The notes under the pieces: generated by a model
Databases searched by the model: none
What the model was told of the DNA's origin: nothing
Seen by the model: only the letters and a program-made list of their open reading frames with translations
Part shown: positions 1 to 9,400 of the stretch, piece by piece
Position numbering within the stretch: position 1 is the first letter of the stretch
How the letters are laid out: every line of letters begins with the position of its first letter
Program-made: the position numbers and the translations under genes
Source of the DNA: Myxococcota bacterium
GTDB lineage: Bacteria; Myxococcota_C; UBA6777
Direction: 5' to 3'
NCBI GenBank assembly: GCA_023150835.1
Contig: JAKLKB010000024.1
Coordinates: 4,534-68,533, forward strand
Length of the DNA: 64,000 nt

Positions 1-459
1 ATCCCTGTGTGGCAAACCCTTTCGGTGTTGGGATATGCGCGGGCTGCGTCGTCTTCGTGGGCTTTGGTCGGGGCTATCGAGAGTATGCGCCAAGCATACC
101 CACAGACGACCAACACCACGCAAAACACGCTCGAAGCAAAGCCTCAGACGTCTGACGCCATGCAAAGCACGCCCGAAGCCAAGCCCCAGACGCCCGATGG
201 CGACAAAAAAACACCCGACGCCACGATCACAGAAAAGAACAGGCCGAAAGAACATACCAACCAAGTTGCCCGAACCATCGGCCTTTTCAATGTATTATTG
301 CCTTGGTGGGGTTGTGATGCGGAAGGAAAGCCGCCAAGATGCGTGTGGGTGATCACAGAAGATGCGTTGTGCGGCGTGGGCCTGTTGTCTTTGTTTCAAT
401 GCCCGCCTGCTCAAACGATCGATGCCGCAAATTTCTCATCTCGCGGCATCTTGCGATGA
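1..459 (+). CDS. Partial CDS (5' truncated by window edge); possibly the C-terminus of a ketosynthase/chain-length-factor-like protein
   Basis: Frame open from base 1. PVWQTLSVLGYARAASSSWALVGA loosely resembles the KS C-terminal PV..K..LGH..GAAG..EL segment. Lies upstream of ACP/FabG/FabD/FabZ genes and contains a duplicated EAKPQT linker. Confidence 0.35.
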   Translation: MPVWQTLSVLGYARAASSSWALVGAIESMRQAYPQTTNTTQNTLEAKPQTSDAMQSTPEAKPQTPDGDKKTPDATITEKNRPKEHTNQVARTIGLFNVLLPWWGCDAEGKPPRCVWVITEDALCGVGLLSLFQCPPAQTIDAANFSSRGILR

Positions 460-492
460 AAAAAGCTGGATACAGCCGTGAGGAGGGAAGTG

Positions 493-1425
493 ATGGAGCG
501 TCGAGAATTTTTCGCCAAAGCAGGCGCGTTGATGATGACTTCGATGGTTGGGGCGTCGATGGATGGGTGTGTTCATCGCGGTGCAGGGGTGGGTGGGTTT
601 GATGTACAAGGTTATCTGTCGCGATTGGACGCGGCGGATCAAAAGATGATGTCGTTGCCATCGGTGTTTCCGAAGGGTGAGAGCCACCAGAAACGCGATG
701 CTTTTGTGCGGCAAGCCTTTTCATCGCTGTTGTTGGTGGGATCGTTGCACGATATCCCCGAAGCGGCACGAAGCCATCCCGCGATCCAAGAGCGCCTGTT
801 GCGTGCGGCTCCTGTGTTGGACAACAGCTTGTTCAAAGCGGCCACGTTGGTCGAGTCCATCCCCGCTGCTCAGCGCAAAGAGATCCAGCGCTTTTTGCAA
901 AAAGAAGAACGCCAAGTCAAAGCGATGCGTTCGTTGATGCTGGATTATGGGGTGCAAGCGGGGGTTGCCAAGTCGCGGTTGATCCACGCGGATCGCTTGA
1001 TGGATCATATCCAATGGCGGATGCAAAAGCAAAATCCGTCGCTGTTGTTGGACACGCACGTCGCCAAGGTCGATCGGGTGGCCGCTTCCTTGGGGATCTC
1101 GGTCGAACAACGCCGAACACAGGGGCAGTTGACTCTCGATCCGCTGAGTGCGTGCCGTGTCTCGTCGCTGCTTGATCCGTTGGCGCAAGAGCCTTCGCGG
1201 GAATCCTTGGAAAGAGACACGCCCCCTGTTCTGGAAGCCCCCAAAAAGAAGCGCGGAAATGTGGGGTTTATCTTGATGGGGATCGGCGGTGCGCTCACCG
1301 TTGGGGGAGTGGTCGCTTCGTTGGTCGGTGGAACCAACGGCATCATCTTTGGCGGAATCTTTGGTTGGACGCCCGGCTCGATCATGTTGTTGATCGGAAT
1401 TCCCTTGGCGATTTTTGGGATTTAA
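493..1425 (+). CDS. Hypothetical Tat-exported (lipo)protein with C-terminal membrane helices
   Basis: AGGAGG RBS at 481-486 and ATG at 493. Twin-arginine MERREFF, possible lipobox MDGC, and two or three hydrophobic Gly-rich segments at the C-terminus. Confidence 0.7.
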   Translation: MERREFFAKAGALMMTSMVGASMDGCVHRGAGVGGFDVQGYLSRLDAADQKMMSLPSVFPKGESHQKRDAFVRQAFSSLLLVGSLHDIPEAARSHPAIQERLLRAAPVLDNSLFKAATLVESIPAAQRKEIQRFLQKEERQVKAMRSLMLDYGVQAGVAKSRLIHADRLMDHIQWRMQKQNPSLLLDTHVAKVDRVAASLGISVEQRRTQGQLTLDPLSACRVSSLLDPLAQEPSRESLERDTPPVLEAPKKKRGNVGFILMGIGGALTVGGVVASLVGGTNGIIFGGIFGWTPGSIMLLIGIPLAIFGI

Positions 1426-1433
1426 GTCATGTT

Positions 1434-1555
1434 GTGGGGTTTCACCCCGCGCCCCACAAGGGACCGATGGCCCCTTGACCCCGTATTGGCGAAGAGATCA
1501 GCGTTTTTCAGACAGACGACTCTGTTGCTTGAAACCTCGCGAACACGGCTTTTTT
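1434..1555 (-). repeat. Family A dispersed multi-hairpin element, copy 1
   Basis: Reverse complement carries CCGTGTTCGCG..TTCAAGC..TGAAAAAC..TTCGCCAATACGGGGTCAAGGGG..CCCTTG..GGGGTGAAACCCCA, shared with five other copies. Confidence 0.85.
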
Positions 1556-1616
1556 GGGAGCATCTGTGTGGCTCAAGCCTATCAGAGAGAGGGTAGACAA
1601 ACGGTGGAGTAACGGG

Positions 1617-2039
1617 ATGATCGGAAAGATGCGAGCGGTGGCTTTGGAAAGAGCAGCGGTGCTCGAAGAGTTGAAGGGCCTGTTGATCGACAATCTACAT
1701 CTTTCACTACAGCCAGATGATATCGACCCTGACGCGGCGTTGTTTGGTTCGGGGCTGGGGTTGGATTCCGTCGATGCGGTGGAGTTGGTGGTTGCTGTCG
1801 AAGATCGTTTTGATCTGGATTTTTCGCGCCAGACAGCACCTTCGGAGCCTTCTTCGGCCAAAGCGAGCGATCAGGCCGAACGGACGGGGGCTTCCGCTGT
1901 GGGAGATGCTTTGAGTGGACGGCAGATCGAACAATCCATGCGGATCTTTATGCGAACGCTCAATGCTCTTGTCGACGTGATCTTGTGGGCACGCGCCCAA
2001 AGCCCGTTGGCGACGCCATCTGCGACTCGTTCTTTGTAG
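1617..2039 (+). CDS. Acyl carrier protein
   Basis: IDPDAALFGSGLGLDSVDAVELVVAVEDRF with the phosphopantetheine DS motif. GGAG upstream of ATG 1617. About 30-aa low-complexity insert before the last helix. Confidence 0.9.
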   Translation: MIGKMRAVALERAAVLEELKGLLIDNLHLSLQPDDIDPDAALFGSGLGLDSVDAVELVVAVEDRFDLDFSRQTAPSEPSSAKASDQAERTGASAVGDALSGRQIEQSMRIFMRTLNALVDVILWARAQSPLATPSATRSL

Positions 2040-2075
2040 GCAAAAGAGACAGGCACAGAACAAAAAGACGAAGGA

Positions 2076-3248
2076 GTGCTCGGGATGGTATTGCGCGATC
2101 GGATGCAAGCAGATGTGGCGATCTGGCGAGAGGTCGATGGGGTCGAGGTTCCCGCACGCTACACGACGTTAGAGCAAGAAGTCTCGGCTTTGCGGTTTGG
2201 TGTTGGATTGAGTGATCGCTCGTATGTTTGTGTTCTGCGTTTGCGGGGGGAGGATGCTTACGACCTGTTGGATCGGTGTTGTCCGTGCGCGATGTATCTC
2301 CGCGATGGAGAAGTCCGTCACACGGTGCTTTTGTCGGAACAAGGAACCCCGATCTTGGATCTTTATGTGGGCAACGACGATGAGTCTTTTTTTGTGTTCT
2401 CGGAGGGAAAACCCGCGCAAGAAGTGTTGGCGTATTGGCGCTCGATGATCCCCGAAGGAGCGGATATCCAGATCGAGTCGTGGAATGAAACGCACGCATT
2501 GTTGGGACTCAATGGTCCCTTTGCTTGGGAGTTGCTGGCCGAGTTGGAAGGGCATCAAGTGATCGGGTTTCCATACGCGACCTTCTATCGATCTGAAGAA
2601 GAGAATCTGTTCTTTCGCCTCGGAAAGACGGGCGAGTATGGTTATGATATCTTGGTTCCGCGTGACAAGGTGGCGGCGTATTGGGCGCGTGTGTTCGAGG
2701 TTGGACGCTCTTTTGATATCTGCCCTGTCGGATTCGAGGCGTTGGAACACGCGGGGTTGGAAAACTTCTTTTTTTCGATCCGACGAGAAGGTGCGCTTGG
2801 CCTAACGCCTGTCGAGTTGCAGCTACAATGGCGTGTGTCTTACGAAAAAGACTTCTTGGGCCGTGCCGCTCTCGAAGCCGTCAAGACGAGCGATGCACGT
2901 CGCCGTGTGACGGGGATCCGCAGCGCGCATCCGTTGAGCGAGGGGGCAGCCTTGTACTGCGAAGGGGAGCGCGTTGGAGAAGTGGTGGTTGCGATGCGTT
3001 CGGTCACTTTGGGGGCGTGGATCGGCTTGGGGTTGTTGGCGTTGCCGTGGGCGCAAGCGGGTCTGGCGCTCTCGACCGAACGCGCTAAAAAGGCCGATAT
3101 GTGGACTGTTTCGATGCCCTTTGTTCGCAACTTGAGTATGTTGATCAATCCGCAAAAGCACAGTTATCGGGATGCTGCGTCTTTGGAAACGCTGCGCCGA
3201 TCTTTAAGCCAACCTGATATGTGGGTGGAAACAGCGGATGGAGCGTGA
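2076..3248 (+). CDS. GcvT-like aminomethyltransferase / folate-binding family protein
   Basis: VPARY...EVSALRFGVGLSDRS, LNGPFAWELL, RLGKTGEYGYDI, PVGFEALE, TPVELQLQWRV..KDFLG. AAGGAG RBS before GTG. Confidence 0.85.
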   Translation: MLGMVLRDRMQADVAIWREVDGVEVPARYTTLEQEVSALRFGVGLSDRSYVCVLRLRGEDAYDLLDRCCPCAMYLRDGEVRHTVLLSEQGTPILDLYVGNDDESFFVFSEGKPAQEVLAYWRSMIPEGADIQIESWNETHALLGLNGPFAWELLAELEGHQVIGFPYATFYRSEEENLFFRLGKTGEYGYDILVPRDKVAAYWARVFEVGRSFDICPVGFEALEHAGLENFFFSIRREGALGLTPVELQLQWRVSYEKDFLGRAALEAVKTSDARRRVTGIRSAHPLSEGAALYCEGERVGEVVVAMRSVTLGAWIGLGLLALPWAQAGLALSTERAKKADMWTVSMPFVRNLSMLINPQKHSYRDAASLETLRRSLSQPDMWVETADGA

Positions 3249-3250
3249 GG

Positions 3251-3997
3251 ATGGGGAAGTTTGACGGACAAGTCGCCGTCGTGACGGGATCTTCACGGGG
3301 GATCGGTCGTGCGATCGCGATGGCGATGGCGGAAGAAGGGGCGTTTGTGTACGTGCATTATCAATCACGCGAAGACAAAGCGCGTGAGACGTTGGCGATG
3401 ATCGAAGAAGCAGGAGGGCAGGGGGCGATCTTTGGCGTAGATGTGCGCGATGCAAAGGCCGTCAACGCCGCCTTTACAGAGATATCGGCGCAGAAGGGGC
3501 CGATCGATATCTTGGTGAATAATGCGGGGATCTGTCGTGATCAGTTTTTTGCGATGATGGAAGAAGAAGATTGGCGCGACGTGTTGGAGGTGAATCTGGG
3601 CGGCGTCTACCATTGCAGCCGTGCGGTGGCGCGTTCGATGATGGCGCGTCGTCAAGGGGTGATCTTGCACGTCGCCTCGGTGGCGGGACTCCACGCAAGC
3701 TCGGGGCAGTCGAACTATGCTGCCTCGAAGGGTGCGATCTTGAGCTTGACGCGCACGATGGCTGCGGAACTCGCCCCCAAAGGTGTGCGTGTCAATGCCC
3801 TTGTTCCCGGTATGATCAACGCAGGCATGGCCGAGCGCATGGATCAGCGTATCGCACGACAAAAGCGCGAGATGATCCCTTTGCGGCGCTTTGGCGAAGC
3901 CCACGAAGTCGCCCGTGTCGCGGTGTTTTTGGCCTCGGAGGATGCCCGTTATATCGTCGGTCAGGCTTTGGTCGTGGATGGTGGCTTAACGCTGTAA
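3251..3997 (+). CDS. fabG: 3-oxoacyl-ACP reductase (SDR)
   Basis: TGSSRGIG, NNAG, YAASK and VDGG motifs; located in an ACP cluster. Confidence 0.9.
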   Translation: MGKFDGQVAVVTGSSRGIGRAIAMAMAEEGAFVYVHYQSREDKARETLAMIEEAGGQGAIFGVDVRDAKAVNAAFTEISAQKGPIDILVNNAGICRDQFFAMMEEEDWRDVLEVNLGGVYHCSRAVARSMMARRQGVILHVASVAGLHASSGQSNYAASKGAILSLTRTMAAELAPKGVRVNALVPGMINAGMAERMDQRIARQKREMIPLRRFGEAHEVARVAVFLASEDARYIVGQALVVDGGLTL

Positions 3998-4013
3998 CCG
4001 AAGTCCTCCTCGG

Positions 4014-4128
4014 ATACGAGATCCGCCTGTTGCGTTATCGTAAAGAGGTCGGGACAGACACAGGGGTCTGCCTAATCATAGGGCGTCTATGTACTTTGCT
4101 ACGATCACACATCATTCGGATATCGTCT
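4014..4128. mobile_element. Family B MITE (115 bp, imperfect TIRs)
   Basis: Left end ATACGAGATCCGCCTGTTGCGTTATCGTA versus reverse complement of right end AGACGATATCCGAATGATGTGTGATCGTA (22/29 identical). Internal hairpin and AGGGCGTCT motif. Confidence 0.75.
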
Positions 4129-4155
4129 AAGCCGTTGTTTTGAGAGGTATGGGTG

Positions 4156-5169
4156 ATGGAACGTCGCATCTTGTGGGCTTTTCCCGGGCAAGGAACGGAA
4201 GAAGCGGGAATGGGGGTTGCGTTGGCATCGGAGTATCCGCTTGTTCGGGCGTGTTTGGAGCGGGCGTCGGATTGTTTGGGGATGGATGTGCATCGGATGT
4301 TGTTGCGGGGGAATCGGAGGATTGGAGAGACGCAGATCTTGCAGCCAGCGATCACAGCGGTGAGTGTAGGGATTGGGCGGATCTTGGAGGCGCACGGGGT
4401 GGGGCGTGGGTGGACGATCGGACATTCTCTTGGGGAGATGGGAGCGGTGTGGGCGGCGGGTGGATGGGGCTGGTCTGAAGCGATCCATCTGTCGGCGGTG
4501 CGGGGGAGTTGGATGGCGGAGGCGGCTCGACAAGTGGAAGGCGGGATGCTTGCGCTTACGGATACTTCCGAAGAAGTCTGTCAAGAAGCCATCGCGTGGG
4601 GGCGGCAGTTTGGGGCGTTTGGTTTGGCGGCACAAAATGGGCCGAGGCTGTGGACATTGACGGGGGATATCGAAGCGGTCGAAGCTGTCTTGAAGCGTTA
4701 TCCGTCTCGTCGGCTGGTGGCTTCGGGAGCTTGGCATAGTCCTCGGATGGCGGAGGCGGTGGAGCCTTTTCGTGCGGTGATGGAGGAGGCTGTGTGTAAG
4801 CTCTTGGAACGAGGTGTGCGTGACGAGGCGGCAGAGCCTTTTCGTGCGACGGTGGCGCAGGTTCCAAAAGGGCATTGGAAAGCGCATTGGATCGCGAATG
4901 CGACGGGCGATATCTGCTCTGATATCGCAGAAGTCCCGAAGCTGTTGAGTATGCAGCTAACCCAGCCGATCCTGTGGATGCTGTCGATGCAGCATTTGGA
5001 AAAAGAAGAGCTCACCGATATCGTGATCTGCGGCCCACATCGGGTCTTACAGGGGTTGTTGCGCCGTCATCTTCCGCGTGCGCGTGTCCATGCAACCGAG
5101 CATCCGCGCTTGTTGCGTGAAACGCTCGATGCTTTGGGTGATCTGCGTTCGAGAGAGGCTGTTCGATGA
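4156..5169 (+). CDS. fabD: Malonyl-CoA:ACP transacylase / acyltransferase
   Basis: FPGQG, QPAI, GHSLG nucleophile, conserved Arg (AVRG), GAWHS, QLTQPILW. Confidence 0.88.
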   Translation: MERRILWAFPGQGTEEAGMGVALASEYPLVRACLERASDCLGMDVHRMLLRGNRRIGETQILQPAITAVSVGIGRILEAHGVGRGWTIGHSLGEMGAVWAAGGWGWSEAIHLSAVRGSWMAEAARQVEGGMLALTDTSEEVCQEAIAWGRQFGAFGLAAQNGPRLWTLTGDIEAVEAVLKRYPSRRLVASGAWHSPRMAEAVEPFRAVMEEAVCKLLERGVRDEAAEPFRATVAQVPKGHWKAHWIANATGDICSDIAEVPKLLSMQLTQPILWMLSMQHLEKEELTDIVICGPHRVLQGLLRRHLPRARVHATEHPRLLRETLDALGDLRSREAVR

Positions 5170-5798
5170 AGCGAAAAAAAGATGTGTTGTCGTTGGGATC
5201 AGAAGTTGTGCAGTTGTTGGTGCCGCAAAGACGGCCTTTTTTGATGGTGGATCGCGTCGAAGCCTACCAACGTGAGCCTCAAGGGTATGCGATCTGTAGT
5301 CGTTGTTTGTCGATCAACGACCCTTTTTTTGCGGGACACTTTCCTCAAATGGCCGTCTTCCCGGGCGCATTGATGTTGGAGGGGATGTGCCAAACCTCGC
5401 AGATCTTGTGTACGTTAACGATCTATCAGCGCTTCATGGAGGAACAAGGCGACGAGCCCGCGTCTCTGCTCGAAGCCTTGCGCAATCTCGAACGCGGCTT
5501 TCGCCTTGAACCCGGATACCAAGAAGAACAAGCCCGACTGTATCTTGAGCGAACACAGCAGGCCCGACGCAACAACATCGGCATGACCGCAAGCACGCAA
5601 ATGAAGTTCCTACATCCCGTCTTTGCGGGTGAACAGGTGTTTTACACTTCGCGTTTGCAGCGGCAGATGGACGAGATGTGGCGCTTTGAGGTCGAGGCCG
5701 AAGTCAACGAGAAGATCGTCGCCAAAGGCGTGGTCACGTCGATGGTTGTCCAACATCCTGCGGTCTCTTCTCTGTTGGCTGCGGTGCTTCACGGGTGA
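5166..5798 (+). CDS. FabA/FabZ-like 3-hydroxyacyl-ACP dehydratase with internal insertion
   Basis: PQRRPFLMVDRV, FFAGHFP..VFPGALMLEGMCQ, KFLHPVFAG. ATGA overlap with fabD. Confidence 0.88.
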   Translation: MKRKKDVLSLGSEVVQLLVPQRRPFLMVDRVEAYQREPQGYAICSRCLSINDPFFAGHFPQMAVFPGALMLEGMCQTSQILCTLTIYQRFMEEQGDEPASLLEALRNLERGFRLEPGYQEEQARLYLERTQQARRNNIGMTASTQMKFLHPVFAGEQVFYTSRLQRQMDEMWRFEVEAEVNEKIVAKGVVTSMVVQHPAVSSLLAAVLHG

Positions 5799-5814
5799 GG
5801 GTGTTTTGAGTGCG

Positions 5815-7488
5815 ATGGCGATATCGATCCGAGAGATGGCTCGGAAGGACGGGAGGTTTCGAGTGAAAGAAGAGCGGGAGCGAAGTTATTGGGGATGGGG
5901 CTACGCAGATCAAGTGTTGCCTGAAAAGCTGTTGGCGCGGTTTCAAGGGACGTTGCAGATGGCGTTGGGGTTGGAGGCGTTGCGGCATCGCCAACCGTTG
6001 GGGCTTTCGGCGCTGCGGCTTCGTGTACCGCGCTTTGCATTACCCGCATCGTTGCGGGATATCTGCACGCAGGAAACGCCCGAGCGTGCAAGACACAGCT
6101 ACGGAAAAGCGTTTCGCGATGTGGTGCGCGGGCTGTACGGGCAATTCGACAACCCGCCCGATTATGTGGCCTATCCGCGAAGTGAGGCCGATATCGAGCG
6201 TTTGTTTGCGTTTTGTGGTGCATCCAACGTGGCGCTGATCCCGTTTGGTGGGGGAAGCAGCGTGGTGGGCGGTGTCGAACCTCCCCGAACAGCGGGGTAT
6301 GCGGGGGCGATATCGTGTGATATGCGCTTTTTTGATCGGGTGATACGGGTGGATCGCGAAAGTCGAACCGCAACCATCCAAGCGGGGATCTACGGCCCTG
6401 CCTTGGAGGCGGCCTTGAAGCCGCATGGCTTGACGTTGCGCCATTTTCCCCAAAGCTTCGAGTTTTCCACTTTGGGCGGGTGGATCGCAACCCGCTCTGG
6501 CGGCCATTATGCGACGGTTCAAACCCACATCGACGAATTTGTGCAGTCTGTACGGATGGTGACGCCCAAAGGTGTGTTGGAAACCCGCCCTTTACCCGGA
6601 TCGGGGGCCGGCCCAGAGCCTTCGCGTTGGGTGATCGGCTCCGAAGGGATCTTTGGCATCCTTACCGAAGCCACCATGCGCTTGCAAGATATCCCGCAGT
6701 ATCGGTCCAAAGCGACGGTGTCGTTTGCGTCTGAACCTGCGGGGTTTGCGGCGGTTCGCCAGATCAGCCAATCCGGACTCTCTCCCGCCAACTGTCGGCT
6801 GATCTCTTCGATGGAAGCTTTTAGCATGGGAGCGGGCGATGGTCGCGAGACGATCTTGTTGTTGGGGTTCGAGTCTCACGATCATCCGCAACAGCAGCGA
6901 TTGGAGCGGGCCTTGGCGATCTGCGCACAGCACGACGGCTCGCCCAAAGTCTTGCAAGGTCGGGCCTTGGACGACGAAGAGGGCGATGCTTCGGAGCGTT
7001 GGAAACAGAGCTTTTTGTTGGCTCCGTACCTGCGCGATGCGATGCTTTGTTGTGGGATCTTGCTTGAAACCTTTGAAACCGCCGTCACATGGGATCGTTT
7101 TGCTGCGTTCCATCAAGCCGTGATCGCGGCTGCGACGGATGCTTTGCAAGCACACTGCGGCGGAGGGTTGATCACATGGCGTTTTACGCATGTCTATCCT
7201 GACGGGCCTGCGCCTTATTACTCGGTGGTGGCTCCTGCCCGAGAAGGCCAAGAAGTCGAACAATGGGACGCCATCAAATCCGCTGTCTCTGACGCGATCC
7301 TCGCCTGTGGTGGCACGATTACACACCACCACGCCGTCGGCAAAGATCATCGACCTTGGTATACGCAACAGATATCCCCTCTCTTCGGCGAGATCCTCCA
7401 CCAAGCCAAACGCACCCTCGATCCCGCGTGGATACTCAACCCCGAAGTCCTCCTCCCTCCCGACCCTCCTCACTCACAACGCTCTTGA
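5815..7488 (+). CDS. FAD-linked oxidase, alkyl-dihydroxyacetonephosphate synthase (AGPS)-like
   Basis: WGWG, PFGGGSSVVGG, HFPQSFEFSTLGGWIATRSGG, THVYPDG and THHHAVG motifs. Start uncertain (ATG 5815 or GTG 5863). Confidence 0.85.
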   Translation: MAISIREMARKDGRFRVKEERERSYWGWGYADQVLPEKLLARFQGTLQMALGLEALRHRQPLGLSALRLRVPRFALPASLRDICTQETPERARHSYGKAFRDVVRGLYGQFDNPPDYVAYPRSEADIERLFAFCGASNVALIPFGGGSSVVGGVEPPRTAGYAGAISCDMRFFDRVIRVDRESRTATIQAGIYGPALEAALKPHGLTLRHFPQSFEFSTLGGWIATRSGGHYATVQTHIDEFVQSVRMVTPKGVLETRPLPGSGAGPEPSRWVIGSEGIFGILTEATMRLQDIPQYRSKATVSFASEPAGFAAVRQISQSGLSPANCRLISSMEAFSMGAGDGRETILLLGFESHDHPQQQRLERALAICAQHDGSPKVLQGRALDDEEGDASERWKQSFLLAPYLRDAMLCCGILLETFETAVTWDRFAAFHQAVIAAATDALQAHCGGGLITWRFTHVYPDGPAPYYSVVAPAREGQEVEQWDAIKSAVSDAILACGGTITHHHAVGKDHRPWYTQQISPLFGEILHQAKRTLDPAWILNPEVLLPPDPPHSQRS

Positions 7489-7558
7489 TGGACGCCTTTG
7501 CTACAAACCCACAACGCTCTTGACGGACGCCTTCGCTACAAACCAAAACGCTCTTGAC
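7476..7558. repeat. ~35-bp tandem repeat (2.4 copies) starting inside the AGPS stop region
   Basis: AACGCTCTTGA recurs three times at 35/34-bp spacing. Confidence 0.85.
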
Positions 7559-7629
7559 AAATTCTCCGAACACGACGAACGATCGGTCCGCTGATCTTGT
7601 TTTGCCCTTCGACCGCAAAGGAGTTTGTC

Positions 7630-8064
7630 ATGGAGATCCCCAAGTTTCTACGCGAACGTGCTGTCCAAGCCATCGATTCATTGCTTACCATCCAAGAAGC
7701 CGCCGGCCTGATGCAGATACACAACGTCGGTGCTTTGCTGGTGATCGAAGATGGCCGACTTGTCGGCCTGATCTCGGAACGCGATATCGCTTGCAAAGTC
7801 GCCGCAGAAGGTCGTGATCCAAGCACCACCCTTGTCCAACAAGTTATGACCTCCGAAGTGATCTCCGTCGTCGAAACCGATTCCCTCGAATATGCGATGG
7901 AGCTGATGCAACGCCACCACATCCGTCACCTCCCGATGATGCGCGACGGCCAAGTCCTCGCCATGCTCGGCCTCCGTGACCTCTGTGAACTCCGCGTCAA
8001 GCTCCTTCACAGCGAAAACCGCAATCTCGCTTCCATCGTCGCTCTCCACGATCAAGACGCCTGA
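7630..8064 (+). CDS. CBS domain pair protein
   Basis: TIQEAAGLM..HNVGALLV..GRLVGLISERDI, VMT, HHIRHLP. AAGGAG RBS. Confidence 0.92.
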   Translation: MEIPKFLRERAVQAIDSLLTIQEAAGLMQIHNVGALLVIEDGRLVGLISERDIACKVAAEGRDPSTTLVQQVMTSEVISVVETDSLEYAMELMQRHHIRHLPMMRDGQVLAMLGLRDLCELRVKLLHSENRNLASIVALHDQDA

Positions 8065-8065
8065 T

Positions 8066-8158
8066 CCCGCCTCTCAAGCCCAACTACACCCCGCCTCTCA
8101 AGCCCAACTACACCCCGCCTCTCAAGCCCAGCCACACCCCGCCTCTCAAACCCAACTA
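8066..8158. repeat. 24-bp tandem repeat x4 directly after the CBS stop codon
   Basis: Unit CCCGCCTCTCAAGCCCAACTACAC. Confidence 0.9.
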
Positions 8159-8192
8159 GGTACTCCTATCCCATCGGATTGACGCGGTTGCT

Positions 8193-8316
8193 AAAAAAAG
8201 CCGTGTTCGCGCTCCTTCAAGCGACAGAGCCGTTGGTTTGAAAGACTTGTGCTCTTTTCGCCCCTCACGGGGTCAAGGGGCGGCAGTCTATGGCGGGGTT
8301 TGGGGCAACGCCCCAC
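8193..8316 (+). repeat. Family A element, copy 2
   Basis: AAAAGCCGTGTTCGCG..TTCAAGCGACAGAG..TGAAA..TTCGCC..ACGGGGTCAAGGGG..TGGGGCAACGCCCCA. Confidence 0.85.
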
Positions 8317-8651
8317 AAAAATCATCGAACCGCATCACTCCTCCCCTCATCGAAAAAACACCTTGAGTCCCCTTCTTTTTTCGTTGCGATCTCCGCCGAC
8401 TGTGTAGTTTTCGTAACACTTGTACAAGAAAAAAGATCGTGGTATGACAGCCACGCGTTACGCCGCAATGCCATTCAGTGCGTGACCAAGCAAGAGGAGG
8501 TGCTGGGTTTCGCAAGGATTCTTTTGGACTTGTTTGGTGCGCGTAGCGCTTGAATAACAAGCCATTGAGATGCCTTAGAACACATCATCTTGAGAAAAAC
8601 ATTGAAGAGGCGGAGGTGTCGCTGCGTTTTGCATGAGGGAGTTTTACATCG

Positions 8652-9311
8652 ATGAGGGCGTACGTCATGAGTGGGTATGATCGTTTTTCTGTAGGAGATC
8701 GAGGAAGCCTGTGGGTGGAGTCGCTGGTTTCTCCTTATCGGCGCGAAACCATCGAGGCATTGGGGGATTGTGCGGGAGGGGCTGTATTGGATCTCGCTTG
8801 TGGAGAAGGTGAGAACTTTGATCACTGGCGTTTGGGGTCGAAACATGCGCCCGCATGGGTGATCGGTGTGGACGCCTCGATCCGCAAGCTGCGCGAAGCC
8901 CACCAGCGCGTCCGTCAAGGCGGGTGGAAAAATGCAGTCCTTCTGCAAACCGAAGATTATGCTTTGGAACAGCCGTTGTTTTCGGAGTATTGGCGAAGCG
9001 ATGGTTTTGATGGCGTGGTGTGTACGTTGGGGCTGACGGCTCTCCAAGATTGGGAACAAGTGTTCTCAAGATCTTTTTCCTTATTGAAGCCGGGTGGGCG
9101 ATTCGCGATCTTGGATCGCTATACCAGCAAAGACGAATCCAATCCCGCTTCCGAAGGCACCAGTCCCGCGCCCGATTTTACACGCCGTGTCTGGGAATCC
9201 TTGGAACGTGCTTGCGATGACTTCCAGATGCGCTTTTTGGATGCTTCCCCCCGCGCTCTCGGCGGAAACCTCTATCTCGCTTCGGGAAGACGCAAACTGA
9301 TCGCCCACTAG
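8652..9311 (+). CDS. Class I SAM-dependent methyltransferase
   Basis: VLDLACGEG, VIGVDAS, FDGVVCTLGL, LLKPGGRFAILD. Confidence 0.9.
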   Translation: MRAYVMSGYDRFSVGDRGSLWVESLVSPYRRETIEALGDCAGGAVLDLACGEGENFDHWRLGSKHAPAWVIGVDASIRKLREAHQRVRQGGWKNAVLLQTEDYALEQPLFSEYWRSDGFDGVVCTLGLTALQDWEQVFSRSFSLLKPGGRFAILDRYTSKDESNPASEGTSPAPDFTRRVWESLERACDDFQMRFLDASPRALGGNLYLASGRRKLIAH

Positions 9312-9400
9312 ATCGCGCTTGCTTTTTTCTCCAATCGTTCCGCATCGACAGATATCGCCAAAACATCTTGATAGGGCCCGGGTATGGGGTTTTTGTCTAC

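Noticed and set aside
2076..3248. Calling this gene gcvT
   Set aside because: The sequence is divergent, gcvH/gcvP are absent and the context is an ACP cluster, so only the family-level call is supported.
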